From the NCBI RefSeq assembly GCF_006345805.1, contig NW_021833680.1, positions 1 through 56,398 of the forward strand: a stretch of 56,398 bases of DNA, in the 5' to 3' direction. The stretch comes from Octopus sinensis (Eukaryota). This document shows, in pieces, positions 14,936 to 29,370 of the stretch. Each line of letters starts with the position of its first letter. The first letter of the stretch is position 1. A program made the translations under genes and the position numbers. Under the pieces are notes generated by a model. The model did not search any database, had not been told where the DNA came from, and saw only the letters and a program-made list of their open reading frames with translations.

Positions 14936-14949
14936 TTATCTCATACGTA

Positions 14950-17900
14950 CTTCTAATTGCGTCTTCCATGCTGCTATTTGCCTCATCCATGCTTCTAATT
15001 GTCTCTTCCATGATTCAAATTGCCTCTTCCATGCTTTTAATTGTCTCATTCATGCTTCTAATTGCCTTTTCCATGCTGCTACTTGCCTCATCCATGATTC
15101 TGATTGCCTCATCCATGCTTCTGATTGCCTCCGTTATGTTTCTAATTGCCTCATCCATACTTCTAATTGCTTCATCCATGCTTCTATTTGCCTCATCCAT
15201 GCTTCAAATTGCCTTATCCATGTTTCTAATTGCCTTATACAGGCTTCTAATTACCTCATCCATCTTCTAATTGCCTCCGCCATACATCTAATTGCTTCAT
15301 CCATGCTTCTAATTGCCTCATTCATGTTTCTAATAGCCTCATCCATGCTTCTAATTGCCTCTTCCATGCTTCTAATTGTGTCATCCATGCATCGAATTGC
15401 CTCAGCCATACTTCTAATTCTCCCTTCCATGCTTCTAATTGCCTGATCCATGCATTCAATTGCCGCTTCCATGCTTTTAATTGCCTCATCCAAGCCTCTG
15501 ATTGCCTCATTCATGCTTCTCATTACCTTATCTGTGCTCCTAATTGTCTCATCCATGCTTCTAATTGTCCCTTCCATGCTTCTAAGTGTGTTGTGTCATC
15601 CATGTCTCTAATTGCGTCAGGCATGCTTCTAAATGCCTCATCCATGTTTCTAATTCTCCCATTCATGCTTCGAATTGCCTGATCCATGCTTCTAATTGCC
15701 TCATCCATGCTTTTAAGTGCCTCTACCATGCTTCTAATTGCCTCTTCCATGCTTGTAATTGCCTCACCCCTACTTATAATTGCTTCATCTATGATTCTAA
15801 TTGCCTCATCAATGCTTCAAATTCCCTTATCCATGCTTCTATTTCTCTCATCCATGCTTCTAATTTTCTCATCCATGCTTCTAGTTGCCAAATCCAGGCT
15901 TCCAATTGACTCACCCATGCTTCTTAATGTCTCATCCATGCTTCTAATTGCCTCTTCCGTGCTTCTGATTGCCTCATTCATACTTCTAATCTCCCCTTCC
16001 GTGCTTGTAATTGTGTCATCCATGCTTCTCATTGCGTCAGGCATGCTTCTAAATGGCTCAGCCATGCTTCTAATTCTCTCATCCATGCATCTAATTGCCT
16101 GATCCATGCTTGCAATTGCCTCTTACATGCTTCTAATTGTCTCATCCATTCTTCTAATTGCCACTTACATGCTTCCAATTGCCTCATTCATACGTCTAAT
16201 TGCCTCTTCCATGCTTCTAATTGTGACATCCATTCTTCTAATTGCATCAGGAATGCATCCGAATGCCTCATCCATGCTACTAATTCTCTCATCCATGCAT
16301 CTAATTGCCTGATCCATGTTTGCAATTCCCTCATCCATGCTTCTCATTGCCTTATCCATGCTTCTAATTCTCTCATCCATGCTTCTAATTCCCTCATCCA
16401 TGATTCTAATTCCCTCATCCATGCATCGCATTACCTGATCCATGCTTGCAATTGCCTTTTCCATGCTTCTGATTGCGTCAGGCATGATTCTAAATGCCTC
16501 ATCCATGCTTCTAAATGCCTCATACGTGCTTCTAATTGTCTCATCCATGCTTCTAATTTTCTTATGCATGCTCAGAATTGCCTGATCCATGATTCTAATT
16601 GCCTCTTCCATGCTTCTAAATGCCTCATACGTGCTTCTAATTCTCTCATCCATGCATCTAATTGCCTGAGCCATACTTGCAATTGCCTCATCCGTCCTTC
16701 CAATTGCCTATTCCAAGCTTTTAATTCCCTCATCCATGCTTCTTATTGCCTCATCCATTCTTCTAATTGCCCCATCCATGCCTTTATTTGCCACATCCAT
16801 GCATCTATTTGACTAACCCATGCTTCTTTATGTCTCATCCATGATTCTAATTGCCTCTTCCATGCTTCTAATTGTGTCATCCATGCTTCTCATTGCGTCA
16901 GGCATGCTTCTAAATGTCTCATCCATGCATATCATTGCCTGATCCATGCTTGCGATTTACTCTCCCATTGTTCTAATTGCGTCAGGCATGCTTCTAATTG
17001 CCTCATCTATGTGTCTTATTCCCTCATCCATGCTTCTAATTGTCTAATCCATGTTCTAAACCTCTTATCCATGCCTAGAATTGCCTGCTCCATGATTCTA
17101 ATTGCCTCTTCCCTGCTTCTAAGTGCATCTTCCATGCTTGTATTTGCACTAATCCATTTTTCTAATTGCCTCTTACATGCTTCTAACTGCCCCATTCTTA
17201 CTTCTAATTGCCTCTTCCATGCTTCTAATTGCGTTAGGCATGCTTCTAAATGCTTCCGCCATGCTTCTAATTGCTTCTAATTCTCTCCTCCATGCTCAGA
17301 ATTGCCTGATCCATGATTCTAATTGCCTCATCCATGCTTCTAATTGTCTCATCCATTCTTCTAATTGCCTCTTACATGCTTCTAATTGTGACATCCATTC
17401 TTCTAATTGCGTATGGGCATGCATCTAAATGCCTCATCCATGCTTCTAGTTCTCTCATCCATGCTTCTCATTCTCTTATCCAATCTTGGAATTGCCTGCT
17501 CCATGATTCTTATTGCCGCTTCCATGCTTCTGATTGCCTCATCCATTGTTTCATCCATTCTTCTAGTTGCCTCTTACATGCTTCTAAATGCTTCATTCAT
17601 CCTTCTAATTGCCTCATCCATGCTTCTAATTGTATCATTCATGGATATCATTGCCTGATCCATGCTTGCAATTGTCTCCTCCATGCGTCTAATTGCGTTA
17701 GGCATGCTCCTAAATGCCTCATCCATGCTTCTAATTCTCTCATCCATGCATCTATTTGAGCCATGCTTGCAATTGCCTCATCCGTGCTTCTAATTTCCTT
17801 TTCCATGCTTCTAATTCCCTCATCCATGCTTCTGATTGCCTTATCCATGCTTTCAATTGCCCTATCAATGCTTCTAATTGCCACATCCATGCTTCTAATT

Positions 17901-20880
17901 GCCTCTTCCATGCTTCTAATTGCCTCATTCATACTTCTAATCGCCCCTTCCATGCTTCGAAATTGTGTCATCCATGCTTCTCATTGCGTCAGGCATTCTT
18001 CTAATTCTCTCATCCATGCATCTAATTGCCTGATCCATGCTTGCAATTGCCTCTCCCATGCTTCTATTTGCGTCAGGCATTCATCTAATTGCCTCATCTA
18101 TGCTTCTACGTCCCTCATCCATGCTTCTAATTGTCTCATGCTTCTAATTGCCCCATTCATACTTCTAATTGCCTCTTCCAGGCTTTTAATTGTGACATCC
18201 ATTCTTCCAATTGCGTCAGGCATGTTTCCAAATGCCTAATCCATGCTTCTAATTAACTCATCCATGCTACTAATTCTCTCATCCATGCATCAAATTGCCT
18301 GATCCATGTTTGCAATATCCTCTTCCATGCTGCTAATTGCCTCATCCATGACTCTGATTTCCTTGTTGGTCTTCTAATTGCCTCTTCCATGCTTCTAATT
18401 GCCTCATCCATGCTTCTAATTGTCTCATGCACTCTTCTAATTGCCTCTTACATGTTTCTAATTGCCCCATTCATACTTCTAATTGCCTCTTCCATGCTTC
18501 TAATTGTGACATCCATTCTTCCAATTGAGTGAGGCATGCATCTAAATGCGTCATCCATTCTTCTAAGTGTCTCATCCATTCTTGATCTATGCTTGCAATT
18601 GCCTTTTCCTTGTTTCTACTTGCGTCAGGTATGTTTCCAAACGCCTCATCCATGCTTCGAATTCTCTCATCCATGCTACTAATTCTCTCATCCATGCCTG
18701 ATCCATATTTGCAATTACCTCATCCATGCCTCTGATTTCCTTATTGATGCTCCTATTTGCCTCATCCATGTTTTTAGCTGTCTCATGCATGATTGTAATT
18801 GCCTCAGCCATGCTTCTAATTCCCTCATCCATGCTTAGAATTGCCTAATCCATGATTCTAATTGTGTCAGCCATGCTTCTCATTCCGTCAGGCATGATTC
18901 TATATCCATGCTTCTAATTCTCTCATCCATTCATCTAATTTCCTGGTCCATGCTTTCAATTGCCCCTTCCATGCTTCTAATTGCATCAGGCATGCTTCTA
19001 TATCCATGCTTCTAATTCTCTCATCCATGCATCTAATTGCCTGATCCATGTTTGCAATTGCCGGATTCATGCTTCTCATTGCCTCATCCATGCCTCTGAT
19101 TTCCTTATTCAGGCTCCTAATTGCCTTATTCAGGCTCCTAATTGCCTAATCCATGTTTCTAATTGTCTCACCCATGCCTAATCCATGTTTCTAATTGCCT
19201 CATCCATGCTTATAATTGTGACATCCATTCTTCTAATTGCATCAGGTATGCATCTAAATGCCTCATCCATGCATCTAATTGTCTCATCCATGCATGTAAT
19301 TGCTTGATCGATGCATGCAATTGCCGCTTCCATGCTCCTAATTGCGTCAGGAATGTTTACAAATGCCTCATCCATGCTACTATTTCTCTCATCCATGAAT
19401 CTAATGGCCTGCTCCATGCTTCTAATTCTCTCATCCACAACCATGATTCTAATTGCCTCATCCATGCTTCTAGTTGCCGCTTCCATGCTTCTAATTGCCT
19501 CTTCCATGCTTCTAATTTTTTCATCCATGCATAATTGACTGATCCATGCTTGCAATTGCCTCATCCGTGCTTCTAATTGCCCCTTCTATGCTTCTAATTC
19601 TCTCATCCATGCATTTAATTGCCTGATCCATGCTTCTTATTTCGTCAGGCATGCTTCTAAATGCCTTATCCATGCTTCTAACTGTCTCATCCATGCTTCT
19701 AATTGTCTGATACATGCTTCTAAATCTCTTATCCATGCTTAGAATTGCCTGCTCCATGATTCTAGTTGCATCTTCAATGCTTCTAATTGCCTCTTCCATG
19801 TTTCTAATTGCCTCTTCTATGTTTCTAATTGCCTCATCCATGCTTCTAATTGCCTGATCCATGTTTGCAATTGCCTCTACCATGCTTCTAATTGCCTCAT
19901 CCATGCCTCTAATTTCCTTATTGATGCTCCTAATTGCCTTATCCATGCTCCTAATTACCGCATCCATGCTTCTAGTTGCCTCATCCATGCTTCTAATTGC
20001 CTCATCCATGCCTCCAATTTGCCTCATCCATGCTTCTAATTGCCTCATCCACGCCTCTATTTGACACATCCATGCTTCTAATTGACTCACCCATTCTTCT
20101 TAACGTCTCATCTACGATTCTAATTGCCACTTCCATGCTTCTCATTGCGTCAGGCATGCTTCTGAATGCCTCATCCATGCTTCTAATTCTCTCACCCATG
20201 TATCTAATTGTCTGATCCATGATTGTAATTGCCCCTTCCATGCTTCTAATTACGTCAGGCATGCTTCTATATGCTTCATCCATGCTTCTAATTCTTTTAT
20301 CCATGCTTAGAATTGCCTGCTCCATGCTTCTAATTGCCTCTTCCATGCTTCTAATTGTCTCATCCATGCTTCTAATTCTCTAATGCCCCCATTCATACTT
20401 CTAATTGTCGCGTCCATTTTTCTAATTGCCTCTTACATGATTCTAATTGCCTTATCCATGCTTCTATTTGTCACATCAATTCTTCTAACTGCCTCATCCA
20501 TGCATCTAATTGCCTGATAGATACTTGCAAATGCCGCTTCCATGATTCTAATTGTGCCAGGCATGTTTCCAAATGCCTCATCCATGCTACTAATTCTCTC
20601 ATCCATGAATCTCATTGCCTGATCCATGCTTGCAATTGCCTCTTCCATGCTTCTAAATGCGTCAGTCATGCTTCTAAGTGCCTCATCCATGTTTGCAATT
20701 GCCTGATCCATGCTTCTTATTGCCTCATCCATGCCTCTGATTTCCTTATTCAAGCTTTTAATTGCCTTATCCATGCTCCTAATTGCCTCATCCATGATTC
20801 CAATTGCCTCTTCCATGCTTCTAATCGCCTCATCCATGATTCTAATTTTCTCTTCCATGCTTCTATCTGCCTCTTCTATT
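14950..20880. repeat. 21-bp minisatellite, consensus TCATCCATGCTTCTAATTGCC (~5.9 kb)
   Basis: Unit visible throughout. The minus strand translates as MDEAIRS repeats, with frameshifts and stops. Confidence 0.95.
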
Positions 20881-20934
20881 ACGTACTGTCCCTTCACAGC
20901 CGTTCTTTGCGTCCAAAATACAATATATTCCTCC

Positions 20935-21368
20935 ACCGTACTATGGAGTGAGTCTCTCTTAGGAATGTTTCTTGACGTATGAAAAAATCTGACCTTCCAG
21001 CTCTTGTTGGAGCATAAACGGCCACCACTCTAAAGACGTTTTCTTCGTTGCCGTTCATGTCCAGGACCACGAAGTTACTGTCCAGGTCCAATAAAATTGT
21101 CTGTGCTTGAAGACCTAAAGGCTTTCGGAATAACAGTGACACTCTGTTACCTGATCCCAATATACAACGAAGCGAGAATATCTCATAGTCGACGAAAATG
21201 GGTGCTAGCGCTTTCGCTCCTGAAATCCTCGTTTCACTGATGGCTGCCTCATTTATGTCGAGCGGCCTCAGATGCTTGTTGTTTTGGTTGAGTGGTAGGA
21301 GAAGAAAGGCTTCTCCAGTAAACTTGTGGAGTAGAGGAGCTCTTACTGAATCTTCCAATATCCTTCCG

Positions 21369-21370
<2 letters not shown>
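20935..21370 (-). mobile_element. Degenerate L1/Tx1-type LINE endonuclease fragment
   Basis: Translation AAISETRI...VSLLFRK...LDLDSNFVVLD...FRVVAVYAP...GRSDFF...ETFL matches APE domain motifs of L1/Tx1-clade ORF2. Confidence 0.7.
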
Positions 21371-21439
<69 letters not shown>

Positions 21440-21464
21440 GATAACAACAATGATAATAATAATA
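21369..21464. repeat. (AAT)n microsatellite
   Basis: Directly visible. Confidence 0.95.
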
Positions 21465-22014
21465 AATGCCCGGATGCAGTTCCAGACAGTGGCTCTCATG
21501 GCTTCTGATCTTAACTGATTAGAAGTGTTAGCATGTACATATTTTGCCTTGGTATAAAAGATGGGTTACAGCTAATAATCTGCTCAGTACCACAGATTTG
21601 CTTGTCAGTTGTTTGACCTAAACCAGTTGAGCACGTCCCTTAGTGGCTGATGATAGCAGAAGTAGTGGAGGACCATCATAGCCATGTGCTGAGAAGAATT
21701 CTTCAAGGTTTGAATAATTCACTTTTGGAAACATGAGTGTTTCGTTCAACATCCTTAAACAACCCTTATTCAGGGACCTGAGCGGCATGGGCTACTAGAC
21801 CTGAAGAAAATTTTAACTGGGCCCCACCTGCAAGGTTTTGCGTTGTTTATCTTGATATGAGATCACCATGTCGCGCACATATGGTTGTGACGCATGTGCC
21901 TGACGTGCCCTTATCAGACGGGAAGTCATGATGGGTATATTGGGCTTCGTATATTTGTACCCTAGTGTCACTTTGAAAGCATGCACTGCTCTCTCACTCA
22001 ATATAATAATAATG

Positions 22015-22050
<36 letters not shown>
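21465..22050 (+). mobile_element. Non-coding interspersed repeat ending in (AAT)n tail (SINE-like or LINE 3' UTR)
   Basis: A ~540-bp non-coding block bounded by (AAT)n on both sides. It resembles an abundant octopus repeat from memory only, with a single copy here. Confidence 0.5.
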
Positions 22051-22079
<29 letters not shown>

Positions 22080-22399
22080 AAGAAGAAGAAGAAAAGCAAT
22101 TACTAATACTACTTTTATTATACTAATGCTGTTAGAACAAACATCACTTTTAACAAATAGTGTGTGCACGTGCGCGCGCGCGATTCTGTATGTGGGTGTG
22201 GTGATTTGCGTTCCTATAAATATGAACCTTGGTAACAATTTCACTGTCTCCTGTAACTTTTGAATGCTGTCTGTTTCTCTGAAGACAAACACACTGCCGT
22301 CTGATCCTGCGCATTGCATTCAGCTTTATATGTACGTATACACAGCGCACGCATACCACACATATACTTATATTTATATATAGTATGTTTGTGTATATA

Positions 22400-22435
<36 letters not shown>

Positions 22436-22974
22436 CGCATACATTTGTGTATATATATATATACATATATATATGTGGATGTATGTATATTTACATATAC
22501 CCACATATATGCGTATATATATATATATATATATGCATATATATACGTCATGTGTATTTATGTATAAATTTATATACGTATCAGTTATATAAATATATGT
22601 ATGTATATACACATGCACTCACGCACACACAAAGACGCTTAAACAAAATAGCTATATATACACACAAACACACGTACGTACACACACACATACATACATA
22701 CATGCATAAATACATATATATATATATATTCTCTTGTACGTATATGTATATGCACATACATAGATATCAATATATGCATGTATGTTTATGTGTGTATGAG
22801 TGTGTTCGTGTATACATGTACAGATGCACACACGAATACGCACGCGCACAATGACAGCCATTACAAGAATAACAAGTCCCAAGTTAAACAATGACAACAA
22901 CAAAACAAAAGAGGAAACAACAACAATCAGAAAACAAAACTATGCAATTGCATCAAAATTACACCGGTGGCATT

Positions 22975-23015
<41 letters not shown>

Positions 23016-23019
23016 TGTT

Positions 23020-23072
<53 letters not shown>

Positions 23073-23118
23073 TGTAGTAGTAGTAGTAGTTGTATTAGTA
23101 GTAGTAGTAGTAGTAGTT

Positions 23119-23164
<46 letters not shown>

Positions 23165-23574
23165 TAATAGTGGTGGTGGTGGTGGTGGTTGTATTAACCG
23201 TAACAGCAGAGGAAGAAGTGGCGGTGTTGGTGGTTGTTGATGTAGTAATAGTGATGGTTCTAGTAGTAGTAGTGCTGGTGGTGGTGTACAAGTAGTAGTA
23301 GCAGTAGTAGTAGTAGTGCTGGTGGTACAAGTAGTAGTAGTAGTGATGATGGTGGTAGTTGTAGTATTAACCGTAACAGCAGAGGAAGAAGTGGCGGTGT
23401 TGGTGGTAGTTCAGGTAGTAATAGTGATGGTTCTAGTAGTAGTGGTAGTGGTAGTAGTAGTAGTAGTAGTAGAGTAGCAGCAGCAATAGTGGTGGTAGTG
23501 GTGTACAAGTAGTAGTAGTAGCAATAGTGGTGGTGGTGGTACACGTAGTAGTAGTAGTAGTGGTGGTAGTGTAC

Positions 23575-23609
<35 letters not shown>
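22975..23609. repeat. (AGT)n/(GGT)n compound microsatellite with ~173-bp internal duplication
   Basis: Visible; the unique motif GTATTAACCGTAACAGCAGAGGAAGAAGTGGCGGTGTTGG occurs at both 23191 and 23364. Confidence 0.9.
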
Positions 23610-25023
23610 TTGTAAGGACGACGACAGCGATGGTAACTGCAACAACTTGAATTCGCAGAACAAAAGCAAAAAAAACACAAAATAAAAAAGAATTCAACAA
23701 AACTACTTCAGCAATAACTACGACTACCATACAACAGAAACATCATCATAATCATCATCATCACCGCCTCCTACACCACCACCACCACCACCACCTTTAT
23801 CATCATCATCATCATCACAGTACCACCACAACTACAACCACCTTCATCATCTCCACCACCACCACCACCACAACTACCATCACCGCCTTCATCGTCATCA
23901 TTATCGCCTCAACAACGTAGAAAGAAAGCTTACGACAAACAACAAAAATGGCTGCCTTCTTCTGTCGGCTGCAGAGTATGTCTTAATGGCTGCCTGAAGC
24001 ATTGGCAGACGATAAACAAGAATACAATGCAATCAATTGCTACTGGAATTAAATAAACACAGCGAATTGTATAATTTCTGTTCGCTGATTAAATTTTAAA
24101 TATGAACGACAAAATATTTTCTATTTCATCTCTTTTCGCCATTTTTCTCTTTCTTGTCTTGTCTTGTTTTATCTATTTGTATTTTCATTTGGTTTTGTTT
24201 GTCTTTTCTCTAAATTTGTTGTATTATTTTTTTATCTCTGTCTTTTGTTTCTTCGTTATTTCAGAAACTATCCAATCTTGTTCTATTTTTCGTTTTATTT
24301 ACTTTATTTTGCTTCGTTTATTTTGCTTGGCTTTTGCTTGTTATTATTATTATCATTATTATTATTATTCATTATATCTTGTATTTTGTATGTATATTTT
24401 TCTTTTTGTTTGTTGGTTTTCTTTTTTTTTACCCTGAACAAGCGGCAGGAATAGATTGGTAATTGGATGTTGCTATCATGGCAGCCAAACGTAGAAGAAC
24501 AAGAGAAAAAGCAATGAAAACATTGCTTTCATGTTTGCTCTGAAAACACGGCAGTAAGAAAGATTGATGTTGGAACCTTTTAGTTTGGTAATTATAGACA
24601 AATTATTAGTGCAACGTTTCTGCTTACTTGAAGAGATGATAAAATAGGAAGTAATAAATATTTGCTTTAGATTTTGTGGGTCGGATCCAAACATGTTTTA
24701 TTACTTAGAGCAGAAATGGTTTATTGCAGAGAGAGAAAGAGAGAAAAAGAGAGAAAGATACAGAGGGAGAGGGAGAGAGACAGACAGACAGAGAGAAGAT
24801 AGTGAAAGAGTGAGAAGAAAGAGAAGATTTGTTTTTGTTTTTGTGACTTGTTTTGTTTCTTTTATTGTTGGTGTTTGTTGCTGCGCAAATTTTAAGAAAC
24901 CGTATTTATTTCATAAACCCTGATATTGAATGAATTAACATTCCTAATAGAGATTCCGATTATTTCCTAAGAATACATAAAGGTATTAGAGGATGTTATT
25001 ATATCTGTGTGTGTGTAAGTGTA

Positions 25024-25065
<42 letters not shown>

Positions 25066-25066
25066 A

Positions 25067-25112
<46 letters not shown>

Positions 25113-27059
25113 GTGTGTGTGTGTGTGTACATATGTATAACATGTATATACCTATATATATATATACACACATATATATGTAAATATACATAAATATACA
25201 CAATATACATATATATACACATATGCCTATATGAGTGTGTGTGTGTATATATATATATATATACGTATATCTACATATACATATATGTGTGTGTATTATT
25301 TATCTTATTTATCTTATTTTGTTTTCGTTGTTGTTTTTCTGTATTTTTACCCAAGGAGATGATATGATAATTCTTTCTTCCCAGAGATAACTGCTACTTC
25401 ACAAGTCTCAGAACCTGAGAGTGAAACGAATGATATATATCGGGAAACATAAAAAAAGCGCCCAGGGAAAATGTTTATCTTTATACACCGTATATTATTC
25501 TATACACTACATGTTCAGCTTTCTGTTAATCTTTCTCTGCCTTCTTTCTTGTCTTTCCTCCGCCCGCTCTTCTTCTTTGTTTATCTTTCTCCTCTGTCTC
25601 TATCCCCCACTCTTTCCTCTCCTCTCCCTGCTCCTCTCCACCACTCCGTCCCTTGGTGGCTTTCACTCTCAAACGTAACCAGTCGAACAACAATTTTTAC
25701 TGCATGTCATTCTTGCAGTATCTAGGGACGAATATCTTCGCGCGTTGTAATTTCGAGATTTGCTGAAAAGATCGACGCTTCAACTTGGAAAATCCTTCTT
25801 CTGGGTCATACATCATACTAACAAGATTTTATTGGCAAATTGCCAGGATAAATGGACGGCGTTTATTTGTATGGAGAACAAACAGCCATGCTAATCTGCA
25901 AAATCACTTATAAAGCTAGCCATGACTAAATTGCTGGCTGTTTATTAATTATCCCAAACTGTACACACCAAATCAGTAATTATACTTTAAACCATAGTAA
26001 AAACACATCAACACAGACACATACACACACTCATACACATGCACACACAGAGAGAAAGAGAGAGCGGGAACAATGTATTACTGCTGTTTCCTCCCGGCGG
26101 TGACGATGTCGGCGGCCATATTTCTTCATTCTTTTCTCTCTGTTTTGTTTTGCTTTGTGATTGTCGTTGTTTTGTTCTTATTATTCATTTATATGTATGT
26201 ATATATATGTGTGTGTGTATGTATGTACTTTTTTTTCTTCTTTGCTTGTTCCTGATGAATCCTTTATTATGTGTAGAACGCTGTTATTGTATGGAGAGCT
26301 GTGTGTTAGAATGTTGACTGAGCAAGAGGTCATAGGGTATCAAAGTGGCATCCATTTAAATGGAGATATTATTGTTGCTTTCACTCGAGTGATCTGATTA
26401 GAAGTAGGGAGTTTGAAATACAATGGTGGACCTGAAGAGGCAGGAAGGAGAATACGATGATGACGATGATGGCGACGTCCGAGCTGACCAACCAACGTGT
26501 AATAGATGTACTCTACTTCAGTGTATATATAATTGATTAGATGTCAGTATTTGCAAGCTACGGCTTTATCCTTTTGTGTATCGACACAACAGCCCAGTGC
26601 TTGCCTATTTTCTATTGATTTCTTCGCTCGATACTCTTCTCTCTTTCTCTGCTCCTCTTGTCTTTCTCTGTCTCTGTCGCTGTTTCTCTGTCTCTGTCTC
26701 TCTGTCTTTCTCTCTCTTTATCTCTCATTCTCGATTTGCTTCTATCCATTCTCTCCTGTTCTCACTTTACATATGTGAATATGTAATCACGAACACATAC
26801 GTACGTATGTGTGTCCGTGTAACACGCAAGTAAGTGTATATATTGTGGTTGAGTGTGCGTGAGTGTACACATATATAAGTGTGTGTATATATGCCTTTAT
26901 ACATATATATTTATAGAGAGAGGAGGAGAGATCGACGGATAAATGCATATGCAGGAATGTAAATGTGTGTTGGTTTCAATTAACTATGTATGCTATGCAG
27001 TATGCGTGAGACTCGTTATACGCATACGCGCACGCACACACACATACACACACCCGTAC

Positions 27060-27166
27060 CCTCACAAATAATATATATGTATAATATACCTCTATATACT
27101 ATATGTATATATATATATTATAATATATATACATATGTACATATATATATATTATATATAGATATA

Positions 27167-27197
<31 letters not shown>

Positions 27198-27205
27198 CAT
27201 ATGTG

Positions 27206-27242
<37 letters not shown>

Positions 27243-27258
27243 TATATATTATATATAC

Positions 27259-27289
<31 letters not shown>

Positions 27290-27300
27290 GATATATATAG

Positions 27301-27333
<33 letters not shown>

Positions 27334-28081
27334 GTATGTGTATATGTCTTGAGTGTATATGTATGTATATATATATTATATGTGTTTCTGTATGTGTATG
27401 TATGTATAAAATATTATATAATTAGGGCTTAGTAAAATAAAAAAAATAAATTACTTTGCACACATACTAAACTTTCTAGAAATAGCAGCCAATAAAGGTT
27501 TTAGCCTCTTCCACTACTTAGAGAATTTTTTCCCTCTAACATTGTTTACTCAAAATAATAATGGTCCCTTTACATACTGAATTCTTGGTGAAGTTGATTA
27601 ATAACTAATTAACTTTACCCTCCCTTGTTGATATATATATGTATGTGTATGTCATGTATGTATATATATGTGTGTGTTGTATGTGGTGTATGTATGTATT
27701 TGTATATGTGTGTGTGTATATGTATGTGCGCGCGTGTATGTGTATGCATGTGTATGTATATTTGTATATGTATGTGCATGTGTATGTATGTGTGTATATA
27801 TATGTATATGTATGTATATATATGTATTATATATATATATATATATAGTGTATGTATATGTATGTTATTGTATGGAGAGCTGTGTGTTAGAATGTTGACT
27901 GAGCAAGAGGTCATAGGGTATCAAGTGGCATCCATTTGTGTATATGTGTATTATGTATGTATTTATATAGATATGTAATTTTTATATATGTATGTATGTA
28001 TATGCATCTGTCTGTGTGTGTGTATGTATATATGTGTATCATTATTGCGTATGTATACATGTATATGTGTATATGTATGTG

Positions 28082-28117
<36 letters not shown>

Positions 28118-28131
28118 GTATATATGTGGGG

Positions 28132-28162
<31 letters not shown>

Positions 28163-28346
28163 ATATGTGTATGTATATGTATGTGTATGTGTATATATAT
28201 ATAATATGTATTGTGTAGGTGTATATATGTATGTATATGTGTATGTGTGTGTACATGTATATATATGTGTGTGTGTATATATATATTATGTTATATGTGA
28301 GTATGTAGAGATATAAGTATATGCATGTGTATAGTGTGTGTGTGTG

Positions 28347-28380
<34 letters not shown>

Positions 28381-28623
28381 TGTATGGTATGTGTATCCGT
28401 GTATATATGTATGTGTGTGTGTATGTATGTATGTGTGTGTATATTTATGTGTATATGTGTATGTGTGTGTATATATGTGTATATATATATATATATATTA
28501 TAATATATGTATGTGGTGTATGTGTATGTGTGTGTATGTGTGCATGTATGGTATGTGTATATGTGTATTATATGTATGTGTATATGTATGTATATGTGTG
28601 TATGTGTATATGTGTATATATAT

Positions 28624-28665
<42 letters not shown>

Positions 28666-28845
28666 GTATGTATGTGTATGTGTGTATATATATATGTATT
28701 ATGAGTGCGCGTGTGTGTATGTATGCATATATGTATGTATGCATGTATATGTGTATGTATATATGTGTGGAAGTGTGTGCATATATGTATATGTAGTATG
28801 TGCGCGTGTATGAGTATGTATGTATGTGTGAGTGTGTATATATAT

Positions 28846-28891
<46 letters not shown>

Positions 28892-29200
28892 TGGGGGTGT
28901 GTGTATGCGTATAAGTGCATGTAAGTATGGATGTATGGATGTATGTATGTATGTTTACGTATGTATGTTTGTGTGTATATGTATGTAGGTGTGTGTATGT
29001 ATGTGTGTATATATGTATATATAATATATATATGTGTGTATATATGTTGTGTATGTATATATAGGTGTATGTATGTGTGTGTATATATATGGGTGTGTGT
29101 GTATGTATGTATGTATGTGTATATATATGTATGTATGTATATATATATATATATATATGTATGTATATATATATTATCTATATATGTACATGGATGTGTG

Positions 29201-29241
<41 letters not shown>

Positions 29242-29370
29242 ATATATATAGGTATGTATCTGTATGTAGGAGTATATATATGTGCGTGTGTGTGTGGTAT
29301 GTGTATATGTGTATATATGTATATGTATGTATATATATATATATGTATATTTATTGGTGTATATATATAG
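27060..29370. repeat. Large (TA)/(TG)/(TGTA) compound low-complexity tract
   Basis: Directly visible, with short unique interruptions (27420-27620, 27863-27937). Confidence 0.9.
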
